From Camelus ferus (taxonomy: Eukaryota), in contig NC_045696.1 in NCBI RefSeq assembly GCF_009834535.1, forward strand, positions 50,532,001 through 50,596,000: a stretch of DNA of 64,000 nucleotides, written 5' to 3'. The notes below the pieces were generated by a model. The model saw only the letters and a program-made list of their open reading frames with translations. It made no database searches and was not told the origin of the DNA. Positions 26,721 through 39,898 of the stretch are shown here, piece after piece; position 1 is the first letter of the stretch; each line of letters starts with the position of its first letter. The translations under genes and the position numbers were made by a program.

Positions 26721-28359
26721 CATAGAATGTTAAGGCTAGTAGGGCTTTGAGAGGCCATCTGTTCCACCCTCACCCATTTTTGTGATGAGGAAACCAAGTC
26801 ACAGAGAGGCGGACTGGCCTGCCTTTGGTCACACAGCTGATTGGTGGCAGAACAGCAGCAGAACCCAGGTGTCCCCTGTTCTTCCTCCTTTACCACACCG
26901 AACCCTTGAGAGCCTTTAAAGTTAGGGAAGGGAGGTTTTTCCCCTTCCATCCAGGAGCTTATCTGTAGCCAAAGTATCATTTGTGGCTGAGCTGGGTCAA
27001 CTCATTTCACTCCTGGGCAAGTGGCCCCGGGTTTTTCATAAAACCAAAGGTACAGAAACCTGGATGTGATCCCGACAAAAACCACAATGTCTACACTGTG
27101 GTAAAGAAACGTTTAGCTGAGTCTCTCACCTCACACCCCTCTCCCCTGCCCCAGCCTCCCTAACATGCATTTCTTCTGCAGAGAGAGGCTGGCTCGACCA
27201 GGGTCAGGCTGGGGTCACAGCCAGGGCAGCCGAGGGGGAGGCCAGGCTCAAGGACAAGGCTGGAGCTCCTACCAAAGCCGGCCCCCAAGAAAAGGAAGCC
27301 TTTTGGCACCGCCAGTCTCTGTCCAGGGCCCAAAGCATAGATATTCTGCTTCCCCTGAATTGGTCGCACATTAAGCCCCATTAGCAGGACCTGTCAGAAC
27401 CACCCCCAGAGTCAAGACAGAAGTGACCCAGCATTTGTACGGGTTTGTGCTCCTCTTTTCCGTGCCCACGGACTTGGAAGTTACAATAAGGAAGACACAG
27501 CGTTCTAATTTTCAGCCGCAAAAGACGTGTGTTTGCCTCAGACACACCAGAGCATGTGGCTCTGCTCAGGGAAGAGCTGGTGCTGAGAAGCATTTGCTTG
27601 TTCTAAGGGTCACGTGTGTCCCCCGCAGCGTGGAGGGGAAGAGGTACAGCCCATCCAGGTCGCCCAGGAAACCTGGTTTATGTTCTAAAAGAGCTTCTCG
27701 AGATTTCCTGGTGTTGTGCAAAAGCTTTGCCTGTAGGCACCGTATGAACAGTTTCCATTTTCAGTCAGAACGAATGCAGTACATCCCAACACTGGCACCA
27801 ATCAGAGAATTATTGTCCTTATGTCGCATACATTGTTACCTAATAAAGGAGCACCACGAGGGCAGGGAATCTTACCTCCTGTTCACTGATGTGTCCAAGT
27901 ACCTGAATGGGGGCTGGAACTAGCAAGTGCTCATTGACTATGAGCTGCAGGAATGAACACTCCTTGTGGCTTTGAGTGATCATTGGGGTATTGGCATAAA
28001 TGAATGACTAGTGTCGTATCATAGATTTTCATTCTAACATGACAACCAAAGAGGGGTATTTCAGGGACTCTGAGGAGGTAGAATGTGGGTCCATGATGTC
28101 TTGTGTACTTTAGATCCAAATGACAACAAGTAAAGATGGGGAAGTTACCGTTTCATTTTTTGATTATTTCCCTAAGGGCTCTATGTATTAAGGCTAATTT
28201 TAGTAACTAAGACACATACATATCTATCTATATACGTGTATGTATTTATAAAGTATGTAATACATTTGTAGAGAATTATATATACTTTTTATTTACTTAT
28301 ACGTCTATATATATGTGTGCAAATACATATGTGTGTGTATACATACACATATATATGGG

Positions 28360-29240
28360 GGGAGGGGGGCTTTTTTCCTGACATCACGACCCATGACTCC
28401 TAAGTACTTTATGTCTACTTTCACAAAACAAGAACACTCTTCTTTCCAATCTAGAAAATCAACACCAACACAACACCAACCTCCACTCCACCAACCCCAC
28501 TCAGATTTCTCCAATTATTGCAACGTCTCTTTTCCCTTGTTCCTCTCCGGGAACGCCCCTTATCTCAGTCTTCTGCTTCAGTCTGGAGCATTTCCTCCTT
28601 CCCTCCCTGCCTCTCTGTCCTCGACAGTCTTAAAGAGTGCAGACTTTTCATTTACTGGGATGACCCACAGCTTGGATCACTCAGGTGCTTACTCAGACTC
28701 AAGCCTCGCATTCTCGGCAGAAAAATTGGAGGCATGAAGCTGCACCACGTTAGGCGGCTATGCTGTCCAGTCTGCCCCACTGCTGCAGTATGAGCCCTGA
28801 TCACCCGGCCAGATTTGTGTCTGCCAAGTTCTCCACTTTCCTTTGACCCAGCTCAGCCACAAATGATATTTTGGCTAGAGAAGCCACCATCTTTCCTTTG
28901 TACTTAATTTGTATTTTATGGGGAGATATTCTAATGTTAAACCAATATCCTATTCCTCAAACCTTCACATTTTACAGTTGGAATTCTACTGTAAGGAAGA
29001 ACTTCTCATTCATTTGTTTAGTTATACATTCATTTATTTGTATCTCAAGTGAACTTACAGACTCTTATTTTATTTATTGAGTTTTAGTCCAGTATTTTAT
29101 TATTTATTTTGATACCATAGTTGTCCTAGGTTTGGCCAGTGGGAGTGCCTTCAAGCTGACTTGTATGTCCTGTTGACATGTCCCCATCATTCTGTGGGCA
29201 GTTTTTTTACTTTCTGTCATGACAAGATGATTCAGGCTCC
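28360..29240 (-). mobile_element. Old L1 (L1MC/ME-type) 3' fragments
   Basis: cctaagtactt..., ttggccagtgggagtgccttcaagctgacttgtatgtcc. Confidence 0.6.
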
Positions 29241-31395
29241 ATAGTGATTCATTTTGTTTGTTTGTTTGCTTGCAGATTATATGCTGTTATAGGCTATTAC
29301 AAGATATTGAATATAATTCCCTGTGCTGTAGAGTGAATCTTTGTTGCTTATCTATTTTATGTATGGTCGTTTGTATCTGTTAATTCCATAGTCTGAACTT
29401 GTTCCTCCCCACCTCCCTCTCTTCTTTGGTAACTGTACGTTTTCTCTGTCTGTGAGGCTATTTCTGTTTTGTATATAGATTCATTTGTATTATTTTTTGG
29501 ATTCTATATATAAGTTACATTATATAATATTTGTTTTCTCTGTCTGACTTACTTGACTTAGTATGATATTCTCTTGGTCAATCTATATTGCTGCAAATAG
29601 CAATATTTCATTCTTTTTTATGGCCGAGCAATATTCCATTGTGTATATACACACCACATCTTAAGCTAATTGTCTGTTGATGGACACTTCACACTTAGGT
29701 TGCTTCTGTGTCTTGGTTATTGTAAGTAGTGCTGCTGTGAACATTGAGGGGTGTGTATCTTTTCAAATTAGAGGGTTTTTTTCCCCAGATATATACCCAG
29801 GAGTAGAATTGCTGGATCATATGGTAGTTCTATTTTTAGCTTTTTAAGGAATGTCCACTCTGTTTTCCATAGTGGATGCACCAATTTACATTCCCACCAA
29901 CAGTGTAGGAGGGTTCCCTTTTCTCCACACCCTCTCTAGCATTTGTTATTTGTAGCCTTTTTGATGATGGCCATTCTGACCGGTATGAGGTGATACCTCA
30001 TAGTGGTTTTCATTTGCAATGAAATGAATAATTTTTCTAATAATTAGTAATGTTGAGCATCTTTTCATGTGCCTCCTAGCCCTCTATCTAGGGAAAATGT
30101 CTATCTAGGTCTTCTTCCTATTTTTTGATTGGGTTGTTTGTTTTCTTGATATTGAGTTGTATGTGCTGTTTGTATATTTCTTTGGTACAAGGTCTGGTTT
30201 TGATTTGGACACCAGCCATGTCTTCTTTCCTCAGTGTGTGCTGATCGTTACCACTTGATAGGGGATGTGCTTAGTGTTGAGGAATCTAACACCTGTGCAG
30301 GGTGTGAGGTGGGACTTACTCTCTGCTCTGTGACTGTTGTCATCCTGTCAGGGGTGGGGTCTGCTCCCCAGTTGTTGGAGTAGAAGCCCTGAGGGTTGAG
30401 CCCAGTCAGGCTCCATTCCCCTTCAGCCCCTTAGGGGAGTGATTGCTGAAGCAAGTGAGGCCCGTGTGCACCACCTGTGTAGGCATCTACAGCTCTGCTC
30501 AGATGCAGCCCAAGGGCAAGACCCTTCCCCTGATGTGTTTATTTCAGATCGAGTGCAAGGCTGTGGTATGGAGTAACCTGGACTGGGGTGTTCCCTAGCG
30601 AGGACTGGAGGTTGGGACGTTGTGGCTGCAGGAATTGAGGTGGCTACACTGCTGCTGAAACTCTGGGCTTCCTCTGTGGCAGTCTTCTCCCAGGACCTCT
30701 GTGCCCCAGATCCAGTGGTAAACTGCAGTGTAGAGTGGGCAGGGCTAGAGCACTCACTTGCAGTGCACTTCTGAGCACGTGCTGACAGTGGCTGCCACCA
30801 CCCGGCCTGGATCACACCTCAGGTCCTCCGTGATTGTCTCTGCGTAGCTAGACCAAGTCTTTTCCCAGGGCTGGGTTGGGTCTGATCTCACACCAGGCTG
30901 TGGTGTAGAATGAGTGGGGTTGGAGTGTACACACTGTTCAGACTGGGGACCGCAGTGAGGTTGCAGCCACCAGTGCAAGGCTCTCTCCATCATCGTTGTT
31001 GACAAGTCAACTTGTGTACACTCCTCATGAGTCTAGGCTTCTCCAGATTTTCTGTCTGTCCCAGTGTTTCCCTCAGCAGCCAAGGGAGCTTGTCTCCTTC
31101 ACATAGGACCCCAGGAGTGGGATGCCCAGTCTGTGGCTCAACTCATTGGCTCCCCAGGGTGAGGATCCACCCACCTTTCAGATCCCTCCCAGGGGCACAG
31201 GTCCCAACCCCATGCCTTTTTTACTGTCCTGACTGGTTACATGGAAATCTTTCTTCCAACTTTGGTCATATAGGGAGTTCTTCTGCCAGTTTCCAATTAG
31301 TTTTCTATGAGAATTGTTCCACATGTAGATGTAGTTTTGATATGTTTCTCGGGGCAGGTGAGCTCCACATCCTCCTACTCCACCATCTTGATCCT
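29240..31395 (-). mobile_element. L1 element with its 5'UTR joined directly to the ORF2 3' end and 3'UTR (internal deletion)
   Basis: 29240-30180 is L1 ORF2 C-terminus/3'UTR homologous to the L1 at 18.9-20.0 kb; 30180-31395 is a GC-richer 5'UTR ending in the L1 start ggatcaagatggtggagtaggagg (minus strand). Confidence 0.75.
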
Positions 31396-32974
31396 TCCTC
31401 CTCTGCATCTCCCCCAATTTATTCCTCAGTCAACAGGCTGCCTCTCACTACCACACCATCATAGTACCCCTCCTCCTCACCACCCTGCTTCCCTGGAGGG
31501 AGGTGAAAAGGAAAGGGAATGGATTGGTATTTTGAAAGGCTTCCCAAGCAACTCTAAGTATGCACTCAGGTTTGCACATCACTGGACTAGAGAGTGATAA
31601 AAACATAATGTTCACATCTGAACCTGAGTCCCAAATTATCACACTCACCATATGACATTCTCCTGAAGTATCCCTTTTTTAGCAATAATTCACTGAGTCA
31701 ACTACACTTCAATAAAAAATAAAATTAAAAAAATTTTAATTAGAAAAAAGAATTCAGTGTCTCCCTGAATGGGTGGATTCGGAAGGCCCTTGGAAAGGGT
31801 GGGGAGTCATGAGATTTAGAAGCAAGGTGAGGTGGTGGGATGCTAAGAGAAATCACAAAATTTTATTTCAGGCTAGCCCCAATCTGCCCTCTCAAAATGA
31901 TCTCATGTGCCCCCCTGGAATATGCATATTTGTCACTGCTCCTTAATCTAACTTGCAATTGACTTCCTAATGTTTTGGCTCCTGAAATCTGTGAAGAATA
32001 TGACTGCTTTTAATTTGTTGAAGGCTTCACTCTATTTCTAGTGGTCTTCTTGTGTTTTTCCACTTTGGAGAATGGATTGCACTCCAGGGAGTGAGTATAG
32101 CCAGTGGTTGGACAGTTTTGTCTTAAGCACATCTTTGCCAGCATGCTTCAGGTTTGTCCTTTGATGTCTGCTCTTGGCTTCTTCAACCTTAGATCCCCCT
32201 CCCCCCTCCCCTCATCAAGTAACCTCATTGCCTTCTTTATTTAGTCTTTGCCATGTAGCCTGGTAGGAATCATAAACCCAACACTAAACTCCACAAGCCA
32301 GAACTGCCAAGGTAGAGCAGTATTAACCCACTTGAGCCAAAGTTATTGCACTTTCTCCAGCTCCATGCTAATGAAGAAATGTGTCAAATATTTATTCTGG
32401 AAAATAAATTGAAGTCAAGTTAATAGGAAAGAAGGATTAATGATTGGATTCTGATATTGCCTTTCCTGGCTTTCAGTGTCGCTAAAAAAAGCCATAAAGC
32501 TTTATTTGTGCTGTTAATTTTCATGCTTTCATGCTTACATTATGACTAAAAGACAAGTCAAGTCTGGCTCCAGATGAAACATCTCTGCCTGGAAAAAGAA
32601 CACTTTGTCCCAGAGCTACAACTGGCTTGGCCCTATTAAAGCAAGCTTACACAACAAAGTTAAGGCAAAAGTTAAACAAGAAAAGAACTAAAATAGAAAA
32701 AGCCCAAGAAGAGTTTGTATAATTTATCAAAGCTTTGTGAAGTAATATCTGATTTGCTAATAATAGTTTGGTCTCTAAAATTTTCTTCTGACCTGATGGT
32801 CAATTCCCAGAGATCACCATGGATAGCATTTGACACTGACATGGACCATAAGAAGATGCCAGTGTGAGATGGAATTCATGCTGCTTAAGTTTATCTCTAG
32901 GAGTAACTTCTCTTTTCTAAGATACTACCAGGGAAGGTTAAAGTTGATTCTGTTTTCATACATTAAAAATCAAA

Positions 32975-33252
32975 GTAACAGAATCAAGGCACCAGCAGAC
33001 TTGGTGTCTGGTGACGGTGCCTTTCCTTGTTCATCAATTGCTGGTCATCTTCTCACTGCATCCTCACATGGCAGAAAAGAGTAAGAGAGCTTTCTGGGAT
33101 CTCTTTTGTAAGGGCACTAATCTCAATCATGAGGGCTCCATCCCTTATAACCTAGTCACTTCCCAAAGACTCTACCTCCAAATTCTATCACATTGGCGAT
33201 TAGGTTTCAACATGTGAATTTGGAGAAAATATCAGCCTTCAGTCTATAGCAG
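32975..33252 (-). mobile_element. MaLR LTR fragment (MLT1A/MST type)
   Basis: atcaaggcaccagcagacttggtgtctggtga...ttcagtctatagca. Confidence 0.8.
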
Positions 33253-33403
33253 AAAATAAGGAAGATTGTACTGATCGAGTCATGACGAGGCTCAGTCAGT
33301 CAAAGACTTCACTTGTATCCTACTGTGTGCACTGCGTTGTGTTGACATCATGGACTGATGAAAGGAATAGAAGGTCTGGTTCCTATTTACAATCTATGCT
33401 GGG

Positions 33404-33595
33404 CCAGTGGTGTGTTACAGTCAGCTCACACTGCCTCATGAGAACAGAGTGTTAAATATTCAGGAAACTCTCTAGCAGGCTGTTAAACCTTTGTTAGCTT
33501 GAAATCAGCCACAAAAGTAATATTTTACTGTAAAAATAGACAAATGCTACAAATTAAGACTTTGTTTTAAAGAGCCAGTTTGCCAGTGCATCAGG
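33404..33595. mobile_element. MER63-type hAT MITE
   Basis: ccagtggtgtg...tagcttgaaatcagcca; homologous to 36088-36275. Confidence 0.65.
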
Positions 33596-35295
33596 GCCAG
33601 TACTCATACAGAGATACTCCCCAAGGTTGGAGATGATAGACTTAGAAGGACTGCGAAGACTAACATGAGAAGGGACAAGGTGGCTCCTGTGAACGGTCAG
33701 CCTCCAGAAAAGGGCAAAGCCATCTGGTGTCTTGGGGAAGCTCCCGTTGAAAGCAGGACTTGAGTATAGGGGAGGAAAGAAACATCTGTGTTTTTTCCCA
33801 GCCAGTCTTAATCACTGTCCCCACCTCATCCCTAACCAAAGCCATCCCATCAGCCTACTCAGTTTCTAGGGAGAGGCAGAGAGGAGTACAAACAAAGAAA
33901 AGAGGGAGAAAGTAGAAAAGGTGCCGAAGCATGAATTCATTAGCTTTTAGAGATGGAAAGATGACTCAACCCAACCCCTCACTTAGAATCATGGAAATAG
34001 AACCAAAGAGGTAAAATGACACTGAGGTCATACAGTTAGCGAGTAATATGGCCAGGGCCAGAAAACAGGTCTCATCCACTACCCCTACTGTCCACCAGGT
34101 ACTGTGATGGTTCCTAACCCTTTCTTTTCCCACTGCTATCTCCTAGGTAACTTACACACAAGTAGGGGGAAGCAGAGTGGAATTAAAGGAAAAACTTGAG
34201 ACTCATTAATCCCTCCCTCTCAGCCAGCACATTGGACATGCATTGTTTCAAGAAAAATTGGGTTTATTCATTCCAACCTCCTAGGGCCTGCCAACTTAGA
34301 AAAGGGATGTATGCTTGAAGAGCTGGTATGTGTGCTTGAAGGTGCTGTGTATGTACCATCTGGTGTAATTGGGGAAAAGGGATCTTTTCTCCTAAGTTGA
34401 GTTCCAAGTCATAATTTCTTAAATGACAGCCTTTACTCCCTAGGAATCTACCAAAAATGAGGAATCTACCAAAACTGAAGAAGATTTTCAGTTCTTTCCA
34501 GATGGAAAAAAAACTTTGTCATCCTGAGACTTACCTCTGTCATTGATTCTGCCCGGTGTAAGGGGGCAGCTGAGGTAGAGGCATCAAGTCGGAGTAAGTT
34601 CATGGGACCAAAAAGGCCTCTGTAGAGCTGTTTCCTACCTGTTAGGATTGCATCTCTCCGACTGGAGGGGAGAAGCTTGTGCTGTGGTTATACCAGCTGA
34701 ACCTTCTCAAGGAATAGAAGATTTGGTTCTGTCCTTACTGTCCAATCTTGTCATCAGCATTAGACTCACATTATATTTTAATAAGAGAGGTTCTTATTAA
34801 GCCAGTCAAAATAAAGTCTCTGTGAGAGAACAGTTCCATGCTGGGCCCCAAAGGGGTGGTTGGAATGTATGGCTTGATCGATCCTCTGCCTCTCTGATTA
34901 CATTGATGATTCCAGCAGAAGTAATAGGAGACTCAAGTCCACCTTTGGCAACGTGGACTTTCTGTAGCAAGAGGTTTTCTTTAAAGGGTCTTTATAAGGG
35001 TAGTCGGGGGAATAAGAAATACAACAGATCGATCTTCAAAATGTTTACTTTGTCCCTAATAATTAACTCTTACTAAGATAACTTCAGAGACCAAGTCATC
35101 ATCCACAGACAGGTCTACCTAACCGATGATGACCCCTGCATAGCTGAGAATAAGGTGGAACTGAAGAGACAAAGGGCAAAACAAAGCTGAAAAACTCTTA
35201 CTGGGTAATCGTCCTCACACTGCTCTGAGGACAGCAACTCTAATGAGATGCACGGTTACTTGATATGTGAGCTTCATAACAATTCTACTGGCTTG

Positions 35296-35410
35296 TAGGG
35301 TGACCAGCTATCCTAATTTTCCCAGGACTGAGGAGGTTTCTAGGATGCAGAATTTTAGTTTTAAAATTAGGATAGTCTCAGATGTACCAGGCAAGTCCAG
35401 TAACACCATT
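35296..35410. mobile_element. hAT-Blackjack MITE (MER81-like)
   Basis: Terminal inverted repeat tagggtgacca...cccaggactgagg. Confidence 0.65.
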
Positions 35411-35807
35411 AAACTCCAATTCCGCCTCACCCCTTAATCACGCACTATGAAACTGAGACCCCAAGAAATTAAGAAACTTGCTGAAGATCACAAACTGTTT
35501 GATGGCAGAACCTGAACTGGTATCCCAGTCTGACTTCAAAGATGGAACTTTCCTTTTAATGGCCTATAAGGAGATTTATATTTATTGACAGAGAAAGGTA
35601 TGAAAATACTAAACAGCTGGATGTTTCCTCGTAGCCCTTCACATTGGAGACCTATTTAACAAGACAGCAGGCTTAAAGCCCAGGTTTTGATGGGAAAGTA
35701 GATTTCCTAAATTTCTTTGGGATGGAATCCTGGAAAAGTCAGATGATAGAGTATCTCCCATATTTTATAGAAGATACAATTTCTGATTCTGGAGACCCGA
35801 TTGTGAG

Positions 35808-35938
35808 AGGGTAACCATGCACTCCAGTTTTCTGAGACAGTCCTGGTTTACTCCTGTTACCCTGGTGAATAGTAACAAGTGCTCCCTTTCACTCTCCTGA
35901 AAGTCCTGGTTTGGATGATAAACTATATGTTTCCCCTG
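35808..35938. mobile_element. hAT-Blackjack MITE (MER94-like)
   Basis: agggtaaccat...gacagtcctggtttac...ggtttggatgataaactatatg. Confidence 0.7.
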
Positions 35939-36087
35939 GTCGAGAGGCTTACCACTCATAATAGAGGGAAGATGTGATATATTGGAAAGAAAAGAAAGCC
36001 ACTCTTTCTGGCTGAGAGGTTGTGAGAAGAAACAGATAGATAAATGAGAAGGAAACAAAAGTCGATAAAGGGTCCAAGTGACCAAAT

Positions 36088-36275
36088 GCCAGAGTCAGCT
36101 TATCCTGGCTAGTATTATGGTCACTTTTTCAATTCAGAAATTTTCTGAGCAGGGTGTTAAATCTTTGATAGCTTGAAATCAGCCATGGTGGGAGTATTTA
36201 CACCACAGAAATCAGCAGACACTCCAAACCAGAGCCTTTTATTCCCTCCCAGATCCAAATGACCAGCACACTGCT
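36088..36275. mobile_element. MER63-type hAT MITE
   Basis: tagcttgaaatcagccatggtgggagtatttacaccacagaaatc...accagcacactgct. Confidence 0.7.
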
Positions 36276-36559
36276 AGCTCCAGAGAACCATTTCCGCCCT
36301 GTCACGCTCTCTCACTCACTCTCGCTCACGCACATGTGTACACAGACCGTGAACTGAAATGGCTGGGGTGCTTCAGAAACATCCAATAAGTCCAGTGAAT
36401 TCTGAGGAGAGGACTCTGTCTTCCAGTTTCACCTGGGGCTCTGGAAGGAGATGACTTCCTGTGCTGCTCTTAAACAACATGGGATGTGTTACTTTAATGC
36501 AAACCAAGGGGTACAGGGTAGTGAGCAGTGAAAGCATATAAATGTAGCTTTTCCAAGCC

Positions 36560-38870
36560 ACCCTCAGTTACCCATGGCTTGGAGAATCTATCTAGAGAAC
36601 TTGCCAAAGAGGACTTGCCTACCTGGGGTGGGATGAGACTCAGCACAGGGGACCACCTGGACCAAGGCCCAATATAGGTCTTAGCGCAACTCCAGAGGGG
36701 TCCACAGATGAGGCCAGACTGCCAGAGATGGTTACTATCCCCAAAGGAGCCAAAAGGGACCTAAGTAAGTATTATGCCAGCCCCTGACATTAGCCGTGAA
36801 TGCCAGAAAGGCCAGTAGTGACCAGGTGGACAAAGAACATCACTGTGGGGGCCCAGAAGAGCAGAAAGCACACAATAGCAAGCACTGAAAGAATACAAAC
36901 TCTCCCCAGTTTATGTCTAATTTTCTTTCCGGACTGTTGCCCCGGTGACCCTTGGCCTAACATCAGATACAGAAGTGTAGCCTTAAAAAGATGGCTTAAC
37001 CAGCTCCCATGACTGTGCAAGGTCTAACCTCTTTTATAAGCCCCTCACTCTGTATCACTCATGGCTCTGCTTCTCCCAACAAACCCTGACTGACACAGAA
37101 ATCAGTACTGGAAGTGGTTTCATGGAAGCAGAGCCTTAAGGATGAGTTCTCTAAATTGGCTTTGGGATTTCTGGAATTGTCACTTTAATCTGATTAGATT
37201 TAAAGGCAGTCATTATGCTATTTCCAGTGGTAAAGGAGACCCTGGTAGTCCATGACGTGCTGAGGCAAAACTTACTTATGTCATCACCTGTCACCTGCAA
37301 ATACGTGGAGTCAATTGCCGTTAGAACTCAAGGCTTCTTTGTGACAAAGCCACTGGTATCGGAAATTTTTAGTAAGAGTAAGATGTATGATGGAGCTAAC
37401 TGGATGTTTCTTAGTTTGCTGGAGAACTGTAGAGAAAGAAAATGGTGAGTTCAGGGCTTTAAATTCCCAGCTGACATTTTAATGAAGACATGCAGGCAAA
37501 TCCTGACCTTAAACTCCTAAATTCTGCTGAGTCTTCTTAGCTAGAGGGAGGATTCCTTCCTCTCACTTCTGAAGTTAGCCTCCCCTCACCTGAAGATCCT
37601 GAAACAGCCAATCCTGAGGTGTTTGCCTTGTAGAAGTCTGCTGATGTTCCAGACCTACCCTCATGCATTCTCATTGCTTCTAGACCTACAGCCAGACTCA
37701 AGCCCGCACCTCAAAGGGTAACATAGAGTGATAACCATGAAAAAGTGCAACATACACACAAAAAATTGCTTGATTTTGCCCATTTTTACTGACAGAATCC
37801 TGAGGAAATGTTTGGGAATGGATCCTAAGGGTGATGGATCAGAGTGGAAGGATTTGTTGACATGGCCTATTTCATTGAGATGGGTACTCTAAACAGAAAT
37901 TCTGGATTCAGGGGACTAGCTTGAGTGGCCAAGAGCAGCTGGGAATGGGTCTAACATGGGTTGGTTGGTTGAATTCTGGATGCAAAGGTGGCCTATCCCA
38001 AAAAACATGCCAGAACTTCCTCTATCATCCAATGAACTCTAGAGGCAGCCCATTACCCTTTCATGGGGTCCATAAGATCAAAGCTATTTTTGTAGTAATA
38101 TATGATGTTATTTGCCATTTTTCACCAAGTTGATAGCTGATGTGTTTGCAGGTGATAGGTAATAACATAACTAAATTTTGCCTCAGCGTGTCATGGGCTA
38201 CCAGTGTCTTCCAAATAAACAAAAACTCTTTGGGGTTCCCAGTAAATTCTAAGAATGCCAGGGAGTCTGGGACTAAAAAGTTCGGCTGCCACAGAATACG
38301 GTGACTAAAGGCTTAAGGAGATATGGATGCTAGAGTGGGTTTATCTTGTAAGACCTGCCTCTTCCAACTATGTCCCCCAAAGGAATCCAGAGGACACTCC
38401 TTTTACCAGCTCTGTAAGAAGTATGTTCATGAAGGGAGCTCCAGCATCCTTAATCTGCTCTATGTTGCCATTTAACTGTTCTCCCTGAATTCACTGGGGA
38501 TGATGAGATACAGGGATGGCATGGGCTAAGTGGCAGCAATCACCAAAGACAAGGTGGATATGGTTACCATAATGGGCAAAGGAACCAAACTCAGTGACCT
38601 CTGAGTCACTGGCATTGACTAGTTAATTTTGGTCTCCCTAGAACTGAGTAGATTGACAGTCTACTAAAGGCTTATTTGATTTGTAAAAGGAGAAAAACTC
38701 TAGGTTTGTTCAGTAGAACTCTGACTTGAATCACTACAGTAGAGACTTGTGGTCCCTCATTCAATTTCCTAGATTTGAGCCAGTTCACAAATCCAGAGCC
38801 CCTTAGATGAAGAGGCAGCTGAGCCCTCTTGAGGAAATCCTCTTTACACAGCCAAAATGTATATTGTTTA
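36560..38870 (+). mobile_element. Degenerate ERVL provirus 5' half (LTR ending at about 37097 plus internal gag remnant), interrupted by a Charlie-type DNA transposon fragment at about 38040-38295
   Basis: LTR end ctgcttctcccaacaaaccctgactgacaca; ERVL internal start aaggatgagttctctaaattgg...tctggaattg...ctgattagatttaaagg. Confidence 0.75.
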
Positions 38871-39898
38871 TCATCTTCCTACATGTCCCCTCCTAACAAG
38901 AGGCCTATACCCCGGCTCTCCAAGGGCTTGAAACTGTCCTAATTAGTCTTTTTTTTCCCATTGAAATCATTCCAGTCTAGCAAATCTTTGCCTTGTGCTG
39001 CAAGACTGAACTCATGCCACAAAAGGGAGCGCAAATCTCTACAAACACTGGGCTCATAATATCCACAAGAGTCACCCTGGACCAACCCTGCCTCCATGAG
39101 CATACTTCACTTTGTCTCTGCTTTCTCTCCCCAACATCTCTCTACTTTATTTTCTCAGTCTATTCTTTCGCTTCTGTCTTCTCTCTTGCCCTCAAGGTCT
39201 TTGTCTGTTAGCCTAGTTAGTGGCAGGTCTGTCCCAGATAAGAGGGGAGTCTCACACATTTGGAATTAAGAAGATACAGGCAAGGTATCTAGACCATCAA
39301 TGTCATGTCTTTATCAGTCTCAACTTCACTTTCCATCCCAAAGTAAAACTGCAACATAAGAACCTTCCAAGTTATGCAGAACTTGAGGGCCCTGCTGTTG
39401 TCCTCCTAAAGGGCTGACACTACATCTCATTCATGAAGGAGCAGGTTCATAGGAGCTCAGGAAATGTGTCCTGAATGAATGGATGAATGTTCATTCTCAG
39501 CCTTGTTGGATGTGAGTGTTGAGAAGATCAATGCCCAGAGCACCTGAACACCACACCTTAGTGGCTGGAGAACCCCAACTCCATACGTCATATGAGAAGA
39601 TGTAGTATATGTATTTCTAGAGCAAGCAAGAAATGCCTAGGTATATAGCTAGGCTATATAATGACAATAAACTGAAATTTCACCCCCTACACTAGGGCCC
39701 TCAGTGTAAGTCCTCTGTTCTGTGAGTTTTCTATGTCACTGAGGTTGTATCCCTTTAGGGATCAGATATTTTCATTGAACTATTTTGAAATTATAGCTAT
39801 AGATATATTCATTTTCATATATATTTTATATGTATTTTAATTTTATGTATGTTAAAATAAATATTTATACATAGGAAATGAATATATATATGTGCATC

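Noticed and set aside
30423..31597. Several 80-150 aa ORFs
   Set aside because: They fall mostly in a GC-rich L1 5'UTR and show no similarity to ORF1p or any recognisable protein.
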